19,723 nt of DNA from Calditrichia bacterium (GTDB lineage: Bacteria > Calditrichota > Calditrichia > RBG-13-44-9), in contig JARRQT010000115.1 of NCBI GenBank assembly GCA_037381445.1, positions 1-19,723 on the forward strand. Reading direction: 5' to 3'. The position numbers and the translations under genes are program-made. Positions within the stretch are counted from its first letter, which is position 1. Every line of letters begins with the position of its first letter. A model generated the notes under the pieces. That model was not told where the DNA came from, searched no databases, and saw only the letters and a list, made by a program, of their open reading frames with translations. Positions 8,154 to 16,416 of this stretch are shown piece after piece.

Positions 8154-10406
8154 ATGAAAAAGTTTTTTCTCAAAAAAATTAAGATCCCCGTAGCCTCTCC
8201 GCTCAGGATCATACTTATATATATTGTATTGGGCGGAATCTGGATTTCCGTATCTGATCTGTTGTTGGAAAAATTAGCGGGCCCCATTCCCGAACTGACC
8301 ATCCTGCAGACTTTTAAGGGCTGGTTCTTTGTGATTGCCACCGCGCTTCTGCTTTATTGGCTCATCCGGAGAGGATTCTTTAAGCTCGAAAAATCTACTC
8401 GGGAACTCCGGGAAAATGAAGAACGATTAAATCTTGCCCTATATGGGACCGACCAGGCACTCTGGGACTGGGATATCAAAAAGGATAAACTTTTCTTTAA
8501 CGAAAAGTGGTCAAATATGCTGGGGTACGAGTTAAATGAGATCGATGGAAAATATAGCAGTTGGGAAAATTTGGTCCATCCCGCCGACCTCCCCAAAGTT
8601 ATGGATTTATTAAACAACCATCTTAAAGGAATTAGCGCCATCTACGAAGCACAATACCGGCTACAAACCAAATCGGGTGACTGGAAATGGATACTGGACC
8701 TGGGAAAAGTGGTCGAAAGGGATTCCACAGGAAAACCCATTCGGATGATCGGAACTCATAGGGATATTACAGCTCAGATCCAGGCGGAAAAAGCACTTCT
8801 GCAGAGCCAGAGAACTTTGTCTACCCTGATGAGCAATCTCCCGGGAATGGCATATCGCTGCCGGAATGATGAGGATTGGACTATGGAATTTGTGAGCGAG
8901 GGTTGTGTTCATCTGACCGGCTACGCCTCGCAAGATTTGATTGACAACCGAAATATTTCCTATGCCCGGTTAATTCATCCGGATGATCGACAAAGAGTCT
9001 GGGACGAAGTCCAAAAAAGTCTGGCTGCCAACCGGCCGTTTCAGTTGGTATACAGAATTGTGGCGGCCAACGATCAGACAAAATGGGTATGGGAAAAGGG
9101 AAGGCAGGTTCTGATCGATGGAAACGCACAGGGGATTTTGGAGGGATTCATCACGGACATTACCGAAAGAGTTAAGGCGCAGGAATCCCTGGCTATCCGG
9201 AATCTGCAATATGAAAACTTCATCCAAAATAATTTAGTCGGTATTTGGCGTCTGGAATTCCCGGAACCAATATCCGCAGAACTTCCTCCCCGCCAAATTG
9301 CCAGGAAAGTTCTGGAAACGGGTTATTTTACGGAAGGAAATGAAGCACTCCTGAGAATGTATCGGATATCCAACAAATCGGATTGGAGGGGAAAAGAAAT
9401 AAAGAACCTTATTATAGATTGGGATACTTCTATTGACCGCCTCGAAAATGTTATCAAAAACAATTTTAAGGCGGAAATACTTGATAATGAGGAAAAAGAT
9501 TTTGACGGAAATATTCACTATTTCCGAAACTCTTATTTTGGATATATCGAAGATGAAAAGCTGCTGTGGATGTGGGGGATTCAGCTTGACATTACTGAAC
9601 AAAAGAAACTAGAAGAGCAGTACCTGCAATCACAAAAAATGGAAGCTATCGGGAAACTGGCAGGGGGAATCGCTCACGATTTCAACAATCTGATGACGGT
9701 GGTCACCGGGTACAGCGAAGTTTTGCTGAACCAGCTAGACAACCGAGAGCAATTATTCAGCGGAATCAGCTCCATTAAGAAAGCTGGCGAAAGGGCGGCC
9801 TCGCTCACCCGCCAGTTGCTTGCATTCAGCAGGCGTCAGATCATTCAACCCAAAACCATTGACCTCAATTATATTGTCCATGATATTTATAAAATCTTAA
9901 AACGCCTCATCGGCGAAGATATCGAACTGAATCTGAATCCTGGCGAAAATCTGGACAAGGTCAGGGTGGATGCGGGTCAGATTGAGCAGGTGATTATGAA
10001 CCTGGCGGTTAATGCCAGAGACGCCATGCCAAATGGCGGGAAACTGACAATCGAAACCGAGAATGTTTACCTGGACGAGGCCTATGCCAGAAGGCACATG
10101 GAAGTTGACACAGGACAATACGTCATGCTGGCCGTCAGCGACACCGGCGTCGGGATAGATGAAAAAACCAGGGAAAGGATTTTTGAACCGTTCTTTACTA
10201 CAAAAACAAAGGACAGGGGCACAGGTTTGGGTCTGTCTACGGTCTACGGTATCATCAAACAAAGCGGCGCGCATATCTGGGTTTACAGCGAGCCCGAACA
10301 CGGGACTTCATTCAAGATTTATTTCCCGGCAATTCGGAGTGACATTCCCTCATCCGTTGAGAAAAAAGATTGGTGGTGGAAGACGAAGAAGATGTTCGGA
10401 CTTTGA
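8154..10406 (+). CDS. Membrane-anchored multi-PAS sensor histidine kinase (hybrid type; receiver separated by a frame break)
   Basis: Two TM helices (WISVSD...QTFKGWFFV), three PAS/PAC domains, H-box GGIAHDFNN, N-box NLAVNARDAM, G-boxes DTGVGI, FEPFFTTK, GTGLGLS. The tail after YFP is aberrant (KKDWWWKTKKMFGL). Start uncertain (8124 or 8154). Confidence 0.9.
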   Translation: MKKFFLKKIKIPVASPLRIILIYIVLGGIWISVSDLLLEKLAGPIPELTILQTFKGWFFVIATALLLYWLIRRGFFKLEKSTRELRENEERLNLALYGTDQALWDWDIKKDKLFFNEKWSNMLGYELNEIDGKYSSWENLVHPADLPKVMDLLNNHLKGISAIYEAQYRLQTKSGDWKWILDLGKVVERDSTGKPIRMIGTHRDITAQIQAEKALLQSQRTLSTLMSNLPGMAYRCRNDEDWTMEFVSEGCVHLTGYASQDLIDNRNISYARLIHPDDRQRVWDEVQKSLAANRPFQLVYRIVAANDQTKWVWEKGRQVLIDGNAQGILEGFITDITERVKAQESLAIRNLQYENFIQNNLVGIWRLEFPEPISAELPPRQIARKVLETGYFTEGNEALLRMYRISNKSDWRGKEIKNLIIDWDTSIDRLENVIKNNFKAEILDNEEKDFDGNIHYFRNSYFGYIEDEKLLWMWGIQLDITEQKKLEEQYLQSQKMEAIGKLAGGIAHDFNNLMTVVTGYSEVLLNQLDNREQLFSGISSIKKAGERAASLTRQLLAFSRRQIIQPKTIDLNYIVHDIYKILKRLIGEDIELNLNPGENLDKVRVDAGQIEQVIMNLAVNARDAMPNGGKLTIETENVYLDEAYARRHMEVDTGQYVMLAVSDTGVGIDEKTRERIFEPFFTTKTKDRGTGLGLSTVYGIIKQSGAHIWVYSEPEHGTSFKIYFPAIRSDIPSSVEKKDWWWKTKKMFGL

Positions 10407-10750
10407 TCCATGAAATTTTGAAATCCACCGGGTATGAGGTATTGGAGGCGGGAAGCGCTGACGAGGCAATTAATTTTTGCCGGAATCAAAACAACTCTGT
10501 TAATCTAATACTTACCGATGTAATCATGCCGAAAATGAACGGCCCGGAACTGGTTAAAAAATGTGCTGAGTTCAGAAAAGATTTGAAAATATTATACCTG
10601 TCCGGCTATACCAACAACACCATAATTAATCATGGTGTTCTGGAAACGGGCGTCGCATTTCTTCAAAAGCCGTTCACGGCGGAAAATTTATTGAATAAGG
10701 TCTGGGAGGCACTGAATTCCAGCTCCCATGACGGATGGAAAAAGAATTAA
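10370..10750 (+). CDS. Response regulator receiver domain (out-of-frame C-terminus of the upstream kinase)
   Basis: LVVEDEEDVR, LILTDVIMPKMNG (phosphoacceptor Asp), LSGY, FLQKPF. It lies in the -1 frame relative to the kinase and has no obvious RBS. Confidence 0.85.
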   Translation: MVVEDEEDVRTLIHEILKSTGYEVLEAGSADEAINFCRNQNNSVNLILTDVIMPKMNGPELVKKCAEFRKDLKILYLSGYTNNTIINHGVLETGVAFLQKPFTAENLLNKVWEALNSSSHDGWKKN

Positions 10751-10858
10751 AGCGGGCTAATTTTATTCATAATCCGAGAGGAATTAAAAATATCTTTATT
10801 TCATGGGAGATATGTATTAATTTTGCGGGGCCAAAAATTAAGGATGGACGAGTTATCA

Positions 10859-10946
10859 GGAGAGGTGCCGGAGCGGTTGAACGGGGCGGTCTCGAAAACC
10901 GTTGACCCCCTTTGGGGGTCCCAGGGTTCGAATCCCTGCCTCTCCG
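10859..10946 (+). tRNA. tRNA-Ser(CGA)
   Basis: Acceptor stem GGAGAGG/CCTCTCC, anticodon arm GCGGT-CTCGAAA-ACCGT (CGA at 10893-10895), long variable arm GACCCC/GGGGTC, T-arm CAGGG-TTCGAAT-CCCTG, discriminator G. CCA is not encoded. Confidence 0.97.
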
Positions 10947-10965
10947 CAAGAAATAGATAATAATC

Positions 10966-11000
10966 AAGGGCTTATGCGAATGAGTATAAGCCCTTATTTT
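10966..11000 (+). terminator. Hairpin after the tRNA (intrinsic terminator and/or att-associated inverted repeat)
   Basis: AAGGGCTTATGC-GAATGA-GTATAAGCCCTT forms a 12 bp stem (one G-U pair), followed by ATTTT. Confidence 0.7.
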
Positions 11001-11389
11001 ATGTCTGAATTGCATCAAAGTTGGCGTTTTGGAGTTCAATGTTTGGTCTCAATTTGGACACACTTTTTTCTCTTCTCCGTTTGCATTCATTAATCTCCTT
11101 TCGTCAGTAAGAAGGAAATGAACACCCGGGACATTCCGCCGGAAGTCTCTTTTGCTAATATTTTTCTGACCAGTGAACCCGTCCGCAAGAAGGCGGACCA
11201 TGAAGACAAAAGCCTCTTTCACATATTATTGAGCATCTTTAACATCAATGTTATTTCACCATAGCAACCCATTACACCAACATTATCCATAATTTAAGAA
11301 CAATATACATTTAGCTTGTAAATGACAGCAGCAAAAATTAATTTTGAAAAGAATGTTTCATTTCTATAATCTCTGAAACAGGAGATGAT

Positions 11390-12721
11390 ATGACTTTCCC
11401 ATCAAATTTAACCACCGATATACTGGAATCACTCAGCGAAGGAGTCTTTACAGTCGATAAAAGTTTTAGAATCAATTTTATGAACCGCGCCGCAGAAAGG
11501 ATTACCGGGTTTCCCAGGGAAGAGGTGATCGGAAAATTTTGCAAATATGTGTTCAGGGCGGAGCTGTGCTCTCACCAATGCCCCATTGCGGTGGTGCTGG
11601 AATCCGGGCGGGATTTAAGGGATTTTGAATATTCGATCTATCACAGAAACGGGAACAATCTTCATATCCGTATCAATGCCGCAGTTTTACGAAACAGAGA
11701 AAGTGAACCGGTTGGCGGAGTCATTTCTTTTCGCAATCTATCCGAATATGAAGCGATCAGAAAAAACTTGGAAAAGAGCGCCCATTTTCATGGTATCATA
11801 GGCCACGGCAAATCCATGCGCGAGATATTTGATCTGATTGAGGAAATCGCCGATACTGATGCCACGGTGTTAATTCAGGGGGATTCCGGCACTGGCAAGG
11901 AAATGATCGCCAATGCCATCCAGTCGCTGAGCACGCGGAGCGACAAACCGTTTATAAAAGTCAACTGCTCGGTCTTTACCCCTCAGCTTCTGGCCAGCGA
12001 GCTGTTCGGGCATGTAAAGGGAGCATTCACCGGGGCCATTAAAGACCGCCTGGGCCGATTTGAAATGGCACATACCGGCACTTTGTTTCTCGATGAAGTT
12101 GCGGAAACCCCGCTGGAAATGCAGATACAGTTATTGCGGGTGCTTCAGGAAGGCACTTTCGAGCGGGTGGGTGAATCCCTTAGTCGCAAAGTAGATGTGC
12201 GGGTAATCGCCGCTACTAACAAAAATCTGAGCCGGGCACTGGCAGATAGCAAATTCCGGGAAGACCTGTACTACCGACTGAATGTGATCCCCATTCATGT
12301 GCCTTCGCTGCAGGAACATCCCGAGGATATCCCCTATCTTGTGCGGCATTTTCTGCAAAAATATTCCCTTCTATATCAAAAAACGATTGACGAAATAGAA
12401 GATGGAGCACTGGAAATCCTTGTCAATCAACAGTGGAGAGGAAATGTCCGCGAGCTTGAAAACAGTATTGAATATGCATTCGCCCGCACGAAAAGCGGGT
12501 CGGTTATTCAGGCCTGCAAACTGCCCCCCACTATCCGGCACACAGTGCGCTGTCGCGATTCTCATAAGGCCGCTAATTTTGCAGACGATGAAGCCGCCCG
12601 CATATTTGATCTTCTTCAAAAATACCGCTGGAACAAATCGAAAGTGGCAAAAATTATGGGAATCGGCCGCACTACCCTGTGGAGAAAAATACGCCGCTTT
12701 GATCTGGAAATCCCGGAATGA
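11390..12721 (+). CDS. PAS-domain sigma-54-dependent transcriptional activator (bEBP, Fis-type HTH)
   Basis: N-terminal PAS; Walker A GDSGTGKE; intact GAFTGA; Walker [25 protein letters not shown]-terminal [30 protein letters not shown] at 11381-11384. Confidence 0.95.
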   Translation: MTFPSNLTTDILESLSEGVFTVDKSFRINFMNRAAERITGFPREEVIGKFCKYVFRAELCSHQCPIAVVLESGRDLRDFEYSIYHRNGNNLHIRINAAVLRNRESEPVGGVISFRNLSEYEAIRKNLEKSAHFHGIIGHGKSMREIFDLIEEIADTDATVLIQGDSGTGKEMIANAIQSLSTRSDKPFIKVNCSVFTPQLLASELFGHVKGAFTGAIKDRLGRFEMAHTGTLFLDEVAETPLEMQIQLLRVLQEGTFERVGESLSRKVDVRVIAATNKNLSRALADSKFREDLYYRLNVIPIHVPSLQEHPEDIPYLVRHFLQKYSLLYQKTIDEIEDGALEILVNQQWRGNVRELENSIEYAFARTKSGSVIQACKLPPTIRHTVRCRDSHKAANFADDEAARIFDLLQKYRWNKSKVAKIMGIGRTTLWRKIRRFDLEIPE

Positions 12722-12731
12722 GATGTTCCAA

Positions 12732-12749
12732 CTGTTCCGCCCGGAACAG
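12732..12749. promoter_or_regulatory. Putative upstream activator sequence for the bEBP
   Basis: Perfect palindrome CTGTTCCG-CC-CGGAACAG containing TGT-N10-ACA, about 135-150 nt upstream of the -24 box. Extra TGTTCC half-sites occur at 12724 and 12833. Confidence 0.65.
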
Positions 12750-12882
12750 AATGATCCACCGGATATGAATCCATTATAAATACTGAACTTAAGATTTTCA
12801 GATCACCTCCATATCCCTCAAAAGAAACAAAATGTTCCATTTCTTGAATCCCCCCACATCCATATTCTAGGCCTTTTTTCGA

Positions 12883-12899
12883 TTGGCAGTAAAATTGTA
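12883..12899 (+). promoter_or_regulatory. Putative sigma-54 (-24/-12) promoter
   Basis: TTGGCAGTAAAATTGTA gives GG-N10-GT against the consensus TGGCAC-N5-TTGC. It is followed by a GAGG RBS (12911-12914) and the ATG at 12920, directly downstream of a bEBP gene. Confidence 0.7.
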
Positions 12900-12919
12900 T
12901 CAGATAAAGAGAGGCTGCC

Positions 12920-13390
12920 ATGTACGAAATGCTTGGAAATCAACAATTCTTAGCACGTAACTATGATAAAGCGGCGGAATATCTTGCCAGGGCAGCAGCG
13001 AAAGATCCCGGGAATAAAGGTATCCGCCGAAAACTTATCATCTGTTACACTCAATTGGGAAAAGTTGACGATGCACTGTCCGTTTTTCTTCCACTGGTAA
13101 TGGAAGATGCGGATTTCATCATCAGAACCCATCCGGTGGATGATGACTGCCCCTGCCGGGAGATGGTTTACGATATGGAATCTCGGACCCGTTCGACGGA
13201 AAAATCAATGGGCGAACAAATCATATTAGGCATCCTATGGCTATATTGTGATCTTGAAAAATCAATCCAATATTTTGAACAGGCCCATAATACAGCCCCG
13301 GAAAATCCTGCCGTCAAAACTGTTTTAACAATTCTGTATGCCCGTTTCGAAAAGGAAAGAATGAAAAAATCCTTGAATAAGGATCACTAA
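12920..13390 (+). CDS. Small TPR-containing protein with a DDCPC motif
   Basis: 156 aa; TPR-like helices (LGNQQF..RNYDKAAEYL..A...DP; YFEQA....PEN); central HPVDDDCPC; GAGG RBS; no signal peptide. Confidence 0.8.
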   Translation: MYEMLGNQQFLARNYDKAAEYLARAAAKDPGNKGIRRKLIICYTQLGKVDDALSVFLPLVMEDADFIIRTHPVDDDCPCREMVYDMESRTRSTEKSMGEQIILGILWLYCDLEKSIQYFEQAHNTAPENPAVKTVLTILYARFEKERMKKSLNKDH

Positions 13391-13483
13391 AAAGCAAAAT
13401 CCGGAATCTGGCTGCAGATGAAAACTGAAAATTGTTGTCTTATTTCATTATCCGTGAATCACACCAAAAGAAGGGAGTTATTT

Positions 13484-14941
13484 ATGAGACATTCTTTACT
13501 AAATTTCAGGATTCTGTTATTGCTGGTCGTCTTTTCATTTGCTTTGTACGGCCAGGCGAATTTTGCCACCAGTTTACACAAGGAACGAAAGGGTAAAAAC
13601 TACTGGTATGGGGCCGATACCAGTGTAACCCATGCTCCGGCTCCCGGCTTTGAATCTCTGACCAATGTGCCAATTTCCAATCCGAATGTGGCTTGTCTAT
13701 CCTGTCATCCGGGAGACAATCTGGATGCCAATGGAGATCCCTATCCTATCCCCTATCCGGGGGCAAACTGCGTGGACTGCCACGCCACCGCGACCTCGCC
13801 ATTCCCTGGTCCCGTTACGGAGGATGATTGTTACGGATGCCATAGCCGGCAAAAGGCAGAGAAGGTAACTTTGGGATACGCTGATGTCCATCGGGACGCC
13901 AGCACCCCTCTGGAATGCTGGGATTGTCACCGGAAATCGGATTTGCACGGAGATGACGGCATCAGCTATAACTCGATGCTGGAACCGGGTGCCATTAAGG
14001 CCGATTGCGCCAATTCGGGATGTCACGACAATTTGCCTGCCGGTCACGCCGCCAACGATCCACATGGCGGTGCACTGCACTGCAGCGCCTGCCATACAAA
14101 ATCCGTCATAAGTTGTTATAACTGCCATTTCGAAAGTCAGGTGGATGCAGCACTCAAACGGGCCAAACAACAGATTCATGATTATGTGATTCTGGTTAAC
14201 AGAACTTCTGACGGGAAAGTTCATACCGCCACATTCCAGTCATTAAGCTATAAGGGCAATTCCTGGGTTGCTTTCGCCCCTTATGCGGCGCATACTATTA
14301 CGAAAACCGATGCCAGAAAATGCGCGGACTGCCACCTGAATTTCGGCGGACAGGTGGCCGCGATACAGGAATATAATACAAATCACCTGATTCAATTCGC
14401 CACCTGGAATTCCACGGACAGCACGCTGAGCTGGCTGCATGGGGTGGTGCCTATGCCTGCGGATTATCAAACGACATTCAAGATGGATTTTATCACTTAT
14501 AACGGTGATCCCTCTGATCCGGTGGCACCTTCCAAGAACTGGTCATTCCTCAAGAGTAACTGGGACGGCCATCAGATGTTTTTTGCCACGCCGCTGACCA
14601 AAGTACAGATGCAGAAACTTGGTTTCGACACCACTCTAACGGCCATCGAAAAGAATTCAGACGTGCAAATGCCCTATGATTTCGCGTTGGAGCAAAACTA
14701 TCCCAATCCCTTCAATCCCGGCACGATCATCGAATTTGAGCTGAGGCAATCGGCGACTGTGACACTTAGGGTGTATAATATCTTGGGCGAAGAAATCGTA
14801 ACGCTGATTAATAATCAGAAAATGGCAGCAGGGAAACATCAGGTGAATTTTGATGCCGGCAACTTATCCAGCGCCATCTATTTCTATCGCCTGGAAAGCG
14901 GAGGTCTTAGTCAGATCCGCAAAATGTTTCTGATGCAATAG
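13484..14941 (+). CDS. Secreted multiheme c-type cytochrome (7 CXXCH + 1 CX4CH) with a T9SS type A C-terminal sorting domain
   Basis: GGGAG RBS before the ATG at 13484; Sec signal peptide MRHS...FALYG|Q. Heme motifs: CLSCH 13694, CVDCH 13769, CYGCH 13829, CWDCH 13916, CANSGCH 14006, CSACH 14081, CYNCH 14114, CADCH 14321. The CTD runs from about 14681 (FALEQNYPNPFNP...VYNILG...SSAIYFYRL...RKMFLMQ). Confidence 0.92.
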   Translation: MRHSLLNFRILLLLVVFSFALYGQANFATSLHKERKGKNYWYGADTSVTHAPAPGFESLTNVPISNPNVACLSCHPGDNLDANGDPYPIPYPGANCVDCHATATSPFPGPVTEDDCYGCHSRQKAEKVTLGYADVHRDASTPLECWDCHRKSDLHGDDGISYNSMLEPGAIKADCANSGCHDNLPAGHAANDPHGGALHCSACHTKSVISCYNCHFESQVDAALKRAKQQIHDYVILVNRTSDGKVHTATFQSLSYKGNSWVAFAPYAAHTITKTDARKCADCHLNFGGQVAAIQEYNTNHLIQFATWNSTDSTLSWLHGVVPMPADYQTTFKMDFITYNGDPSDPVAPSKNWSFLKSNWDGHQMFFATPLTKVQMQKLGFDTTLTAIEKNSDVQMPYDFALEQNYPNPFNPGTIIEFELRQSATVTLRVYNILGEEIVTLINNQKMAAGKHQVNFDAGNLSSAIYFYRLESGGLSQIRKMFLMQ

Positions 14942-15068
14942 AAGTTGGATTGCGGTATAATTAATTGGACAGATTATCGTTTGCATGATAAAAAGTATTT
15001 TATTCGGCCAAACTTTTTCGGAACAGAAAGATAAAAAATCATTCAAACATTTTCACAACAATTGCCTC

Positions 15069-15112
15069 AGGGCAGGCAAACCGGAAATTACCTGCCCTAT
15101 TTTCTTCATTTT
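15069..15112 (+). terminator. Probable intrinsic terminator of the TPR-cytochrome operon
   Basis: AGGGCAGG...CCTGCCCT stem followed by ATTTTCTTCATTTT. Confidence 0.55.
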
Positions 15113-15427
15113 CGCTGATCAATCATTATTTCAAGTCGGTCCTCTTTACTTTCAAAGAGCATCAGATATGTCTCATCCATCTGAAATAGACAATAGATTT
15201 TTCACAATATCACGATATAATATTCTCATTTTCCCCGGCGGCAAATCCCATAAAACAAACATTTGATGCTTCAGACTCCCCTCCCTTGACTCATCTTGCG
15301 ACATTCGAATGCAAATCGGGTTTTCATTAAAAACTCATTTAGACCTGTTTTATTCAGTCAGAACAAGAAGGATATCTTTGAACAAGCATAATCAGACTGA
15401 AATATAAAAAATCGGGAGGAAACCGTT

Positions 15428-16312
15428 ATGAAAGAGAATGTTGCATTTATCGGCTTGGGAGCGATGGGAAAAGGAATGGCGCTGCGATTGCTGGAAGCGG
15501 GATTCCCGGTGAAGGTATACAACCGCACACGGGAAAAGATGAAGCCGCTCACCGATAAGGGAGCGGAGTCGGCGGAGAGCCCGGCCGATGCGGTGACGCC
15601 CGGTAGTGTCCTGGTTACGATGCTGTCCGATGACAATGCAGTGGAAGCGGTAGCTGATAGCAAATTGCTAAAGAAACTGGGGAAAGGCAGTATTCATCTT
15701 TCCATGAGCACCCTGAGTCCGGAAGGCGCTGGCAGACTGGCCCGCCGTCACGCCGAATTCGGAGTGGATTACCTCGGTTGTCCGGTATTCGGCAGGCCCG
15801 ATGTGGCAAGCGCCGGCAAGTTATGGTTATGCCTGGCCGGAAACTCGGTCGCCAAAAACAGGGTACGTCCCCTGTTGGATGCCGTGGGGCAGGGCGTTTA
15901 TGATTTCGGTGACAAGCCGGAACTGGCTAATGTAGTGAAGATCGCAGGCAATTTCCTGATCGCCTCAGCCATTGAGGCCATGGCAGAAGCATTTGCTTTC
16001 ATGGAGAAAAACGGAGCGGATGCCGGGAAGGCCCATGGCCTTTTCAGCGAATCGTTATTCAACTGCCTCATTCATAAAAACTACGGTAAAGCAATCCTGG
16101 AACGGAGCTTCTCACCGGCCGGATTCCGTCTTTCTCTGGGAGCCAAGGATGTTCGTCTGATAAGGGATACCGCCCGTAATAGTCATATTCCGATGCCGCT
16201 GGCAGCCCTACTGGAGGATCGTTTCCTGCGCTCCCTGGCCCATAACCGGGAGGAACTTGACTGGTCGGCCATCTCACTGAACCAGCGTGAAGATGCCGGA
16301 CTGTCTTCGTGA
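15428..16312 (+). CDS. NAD(P)-dependent beta-hydroxyacid dehydrogenase (3-hydroxyisobutyrate/6PGD-like family)
   Basis: FIGLGAMG Rossmann motif, YNRT, SMSTLSP, PVFG, catalytic VKIAGN, F.L....KD; strong GGGAGG RBS. Confidence 0.92.
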   Translation: MKENVAFIGLGAMGKGMALRLLEAGFPVKVYNRTREKMKPLTDKGAESAESPADAVTPGSVLVTMLSDDNAVEAVADSKLLKKLGKGSIHLSMSTLSPEGAGRLARRHAEFGVDYLGCPVFGRPDVASAGKLWLCLAGNSVAKNRVRPLLDAVGQGVYDFGDKPELANVVKIAGNFLIASAIEAMAEAFAFMEKNGADAGKAHGLFSESLFNCLIHKNYGKAILERSFSPAGFRLSLGAKDVRLIRDTARNSHIPMPLAALLEDRFLRSLAHNREELDWSAISLNQREDAGLSS

Positions 16313-16416
16313 AGTCCTCCCAAAAAAAGAATTTTGGTGCCCGGATCTCTTTAGTCGGGGATTATCCCTGTGCCTTATCGAACTCTCATTTTGGAATTTG
16401 CAGAGCAAACGACACG

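Noticed and set aside
10362..10368. Canonical programmed -1 frameshift heptamer A_AAA_AAG
   Set aside because: The run is present but not in the required phase of the kinase frame, and no stimulatory SD or hairpin is evident; a deletion or assembly error is more likely.
10767..11093. ORFs of 90 aa (-) and 63 aa (+)
   Set aside because: They overlap the tRNA-Ser gene and are spurious.
11181..11198. GTCCGC-AAGAAG-GCGGAC hairpin as a REP element
   Set aside because: Single short copy in the window; a repeat family cannot be supported.
13418..13483. Longer N-terminus for the cytochrome
   Set aside because: The RBS and signal peptide both fit the ATG at 13484.
14985..15266. 93 aa ORF downstream of the cytochrome
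   Set aside because: No RBS or motifs, AT-rich, and it spans the probable terminator.
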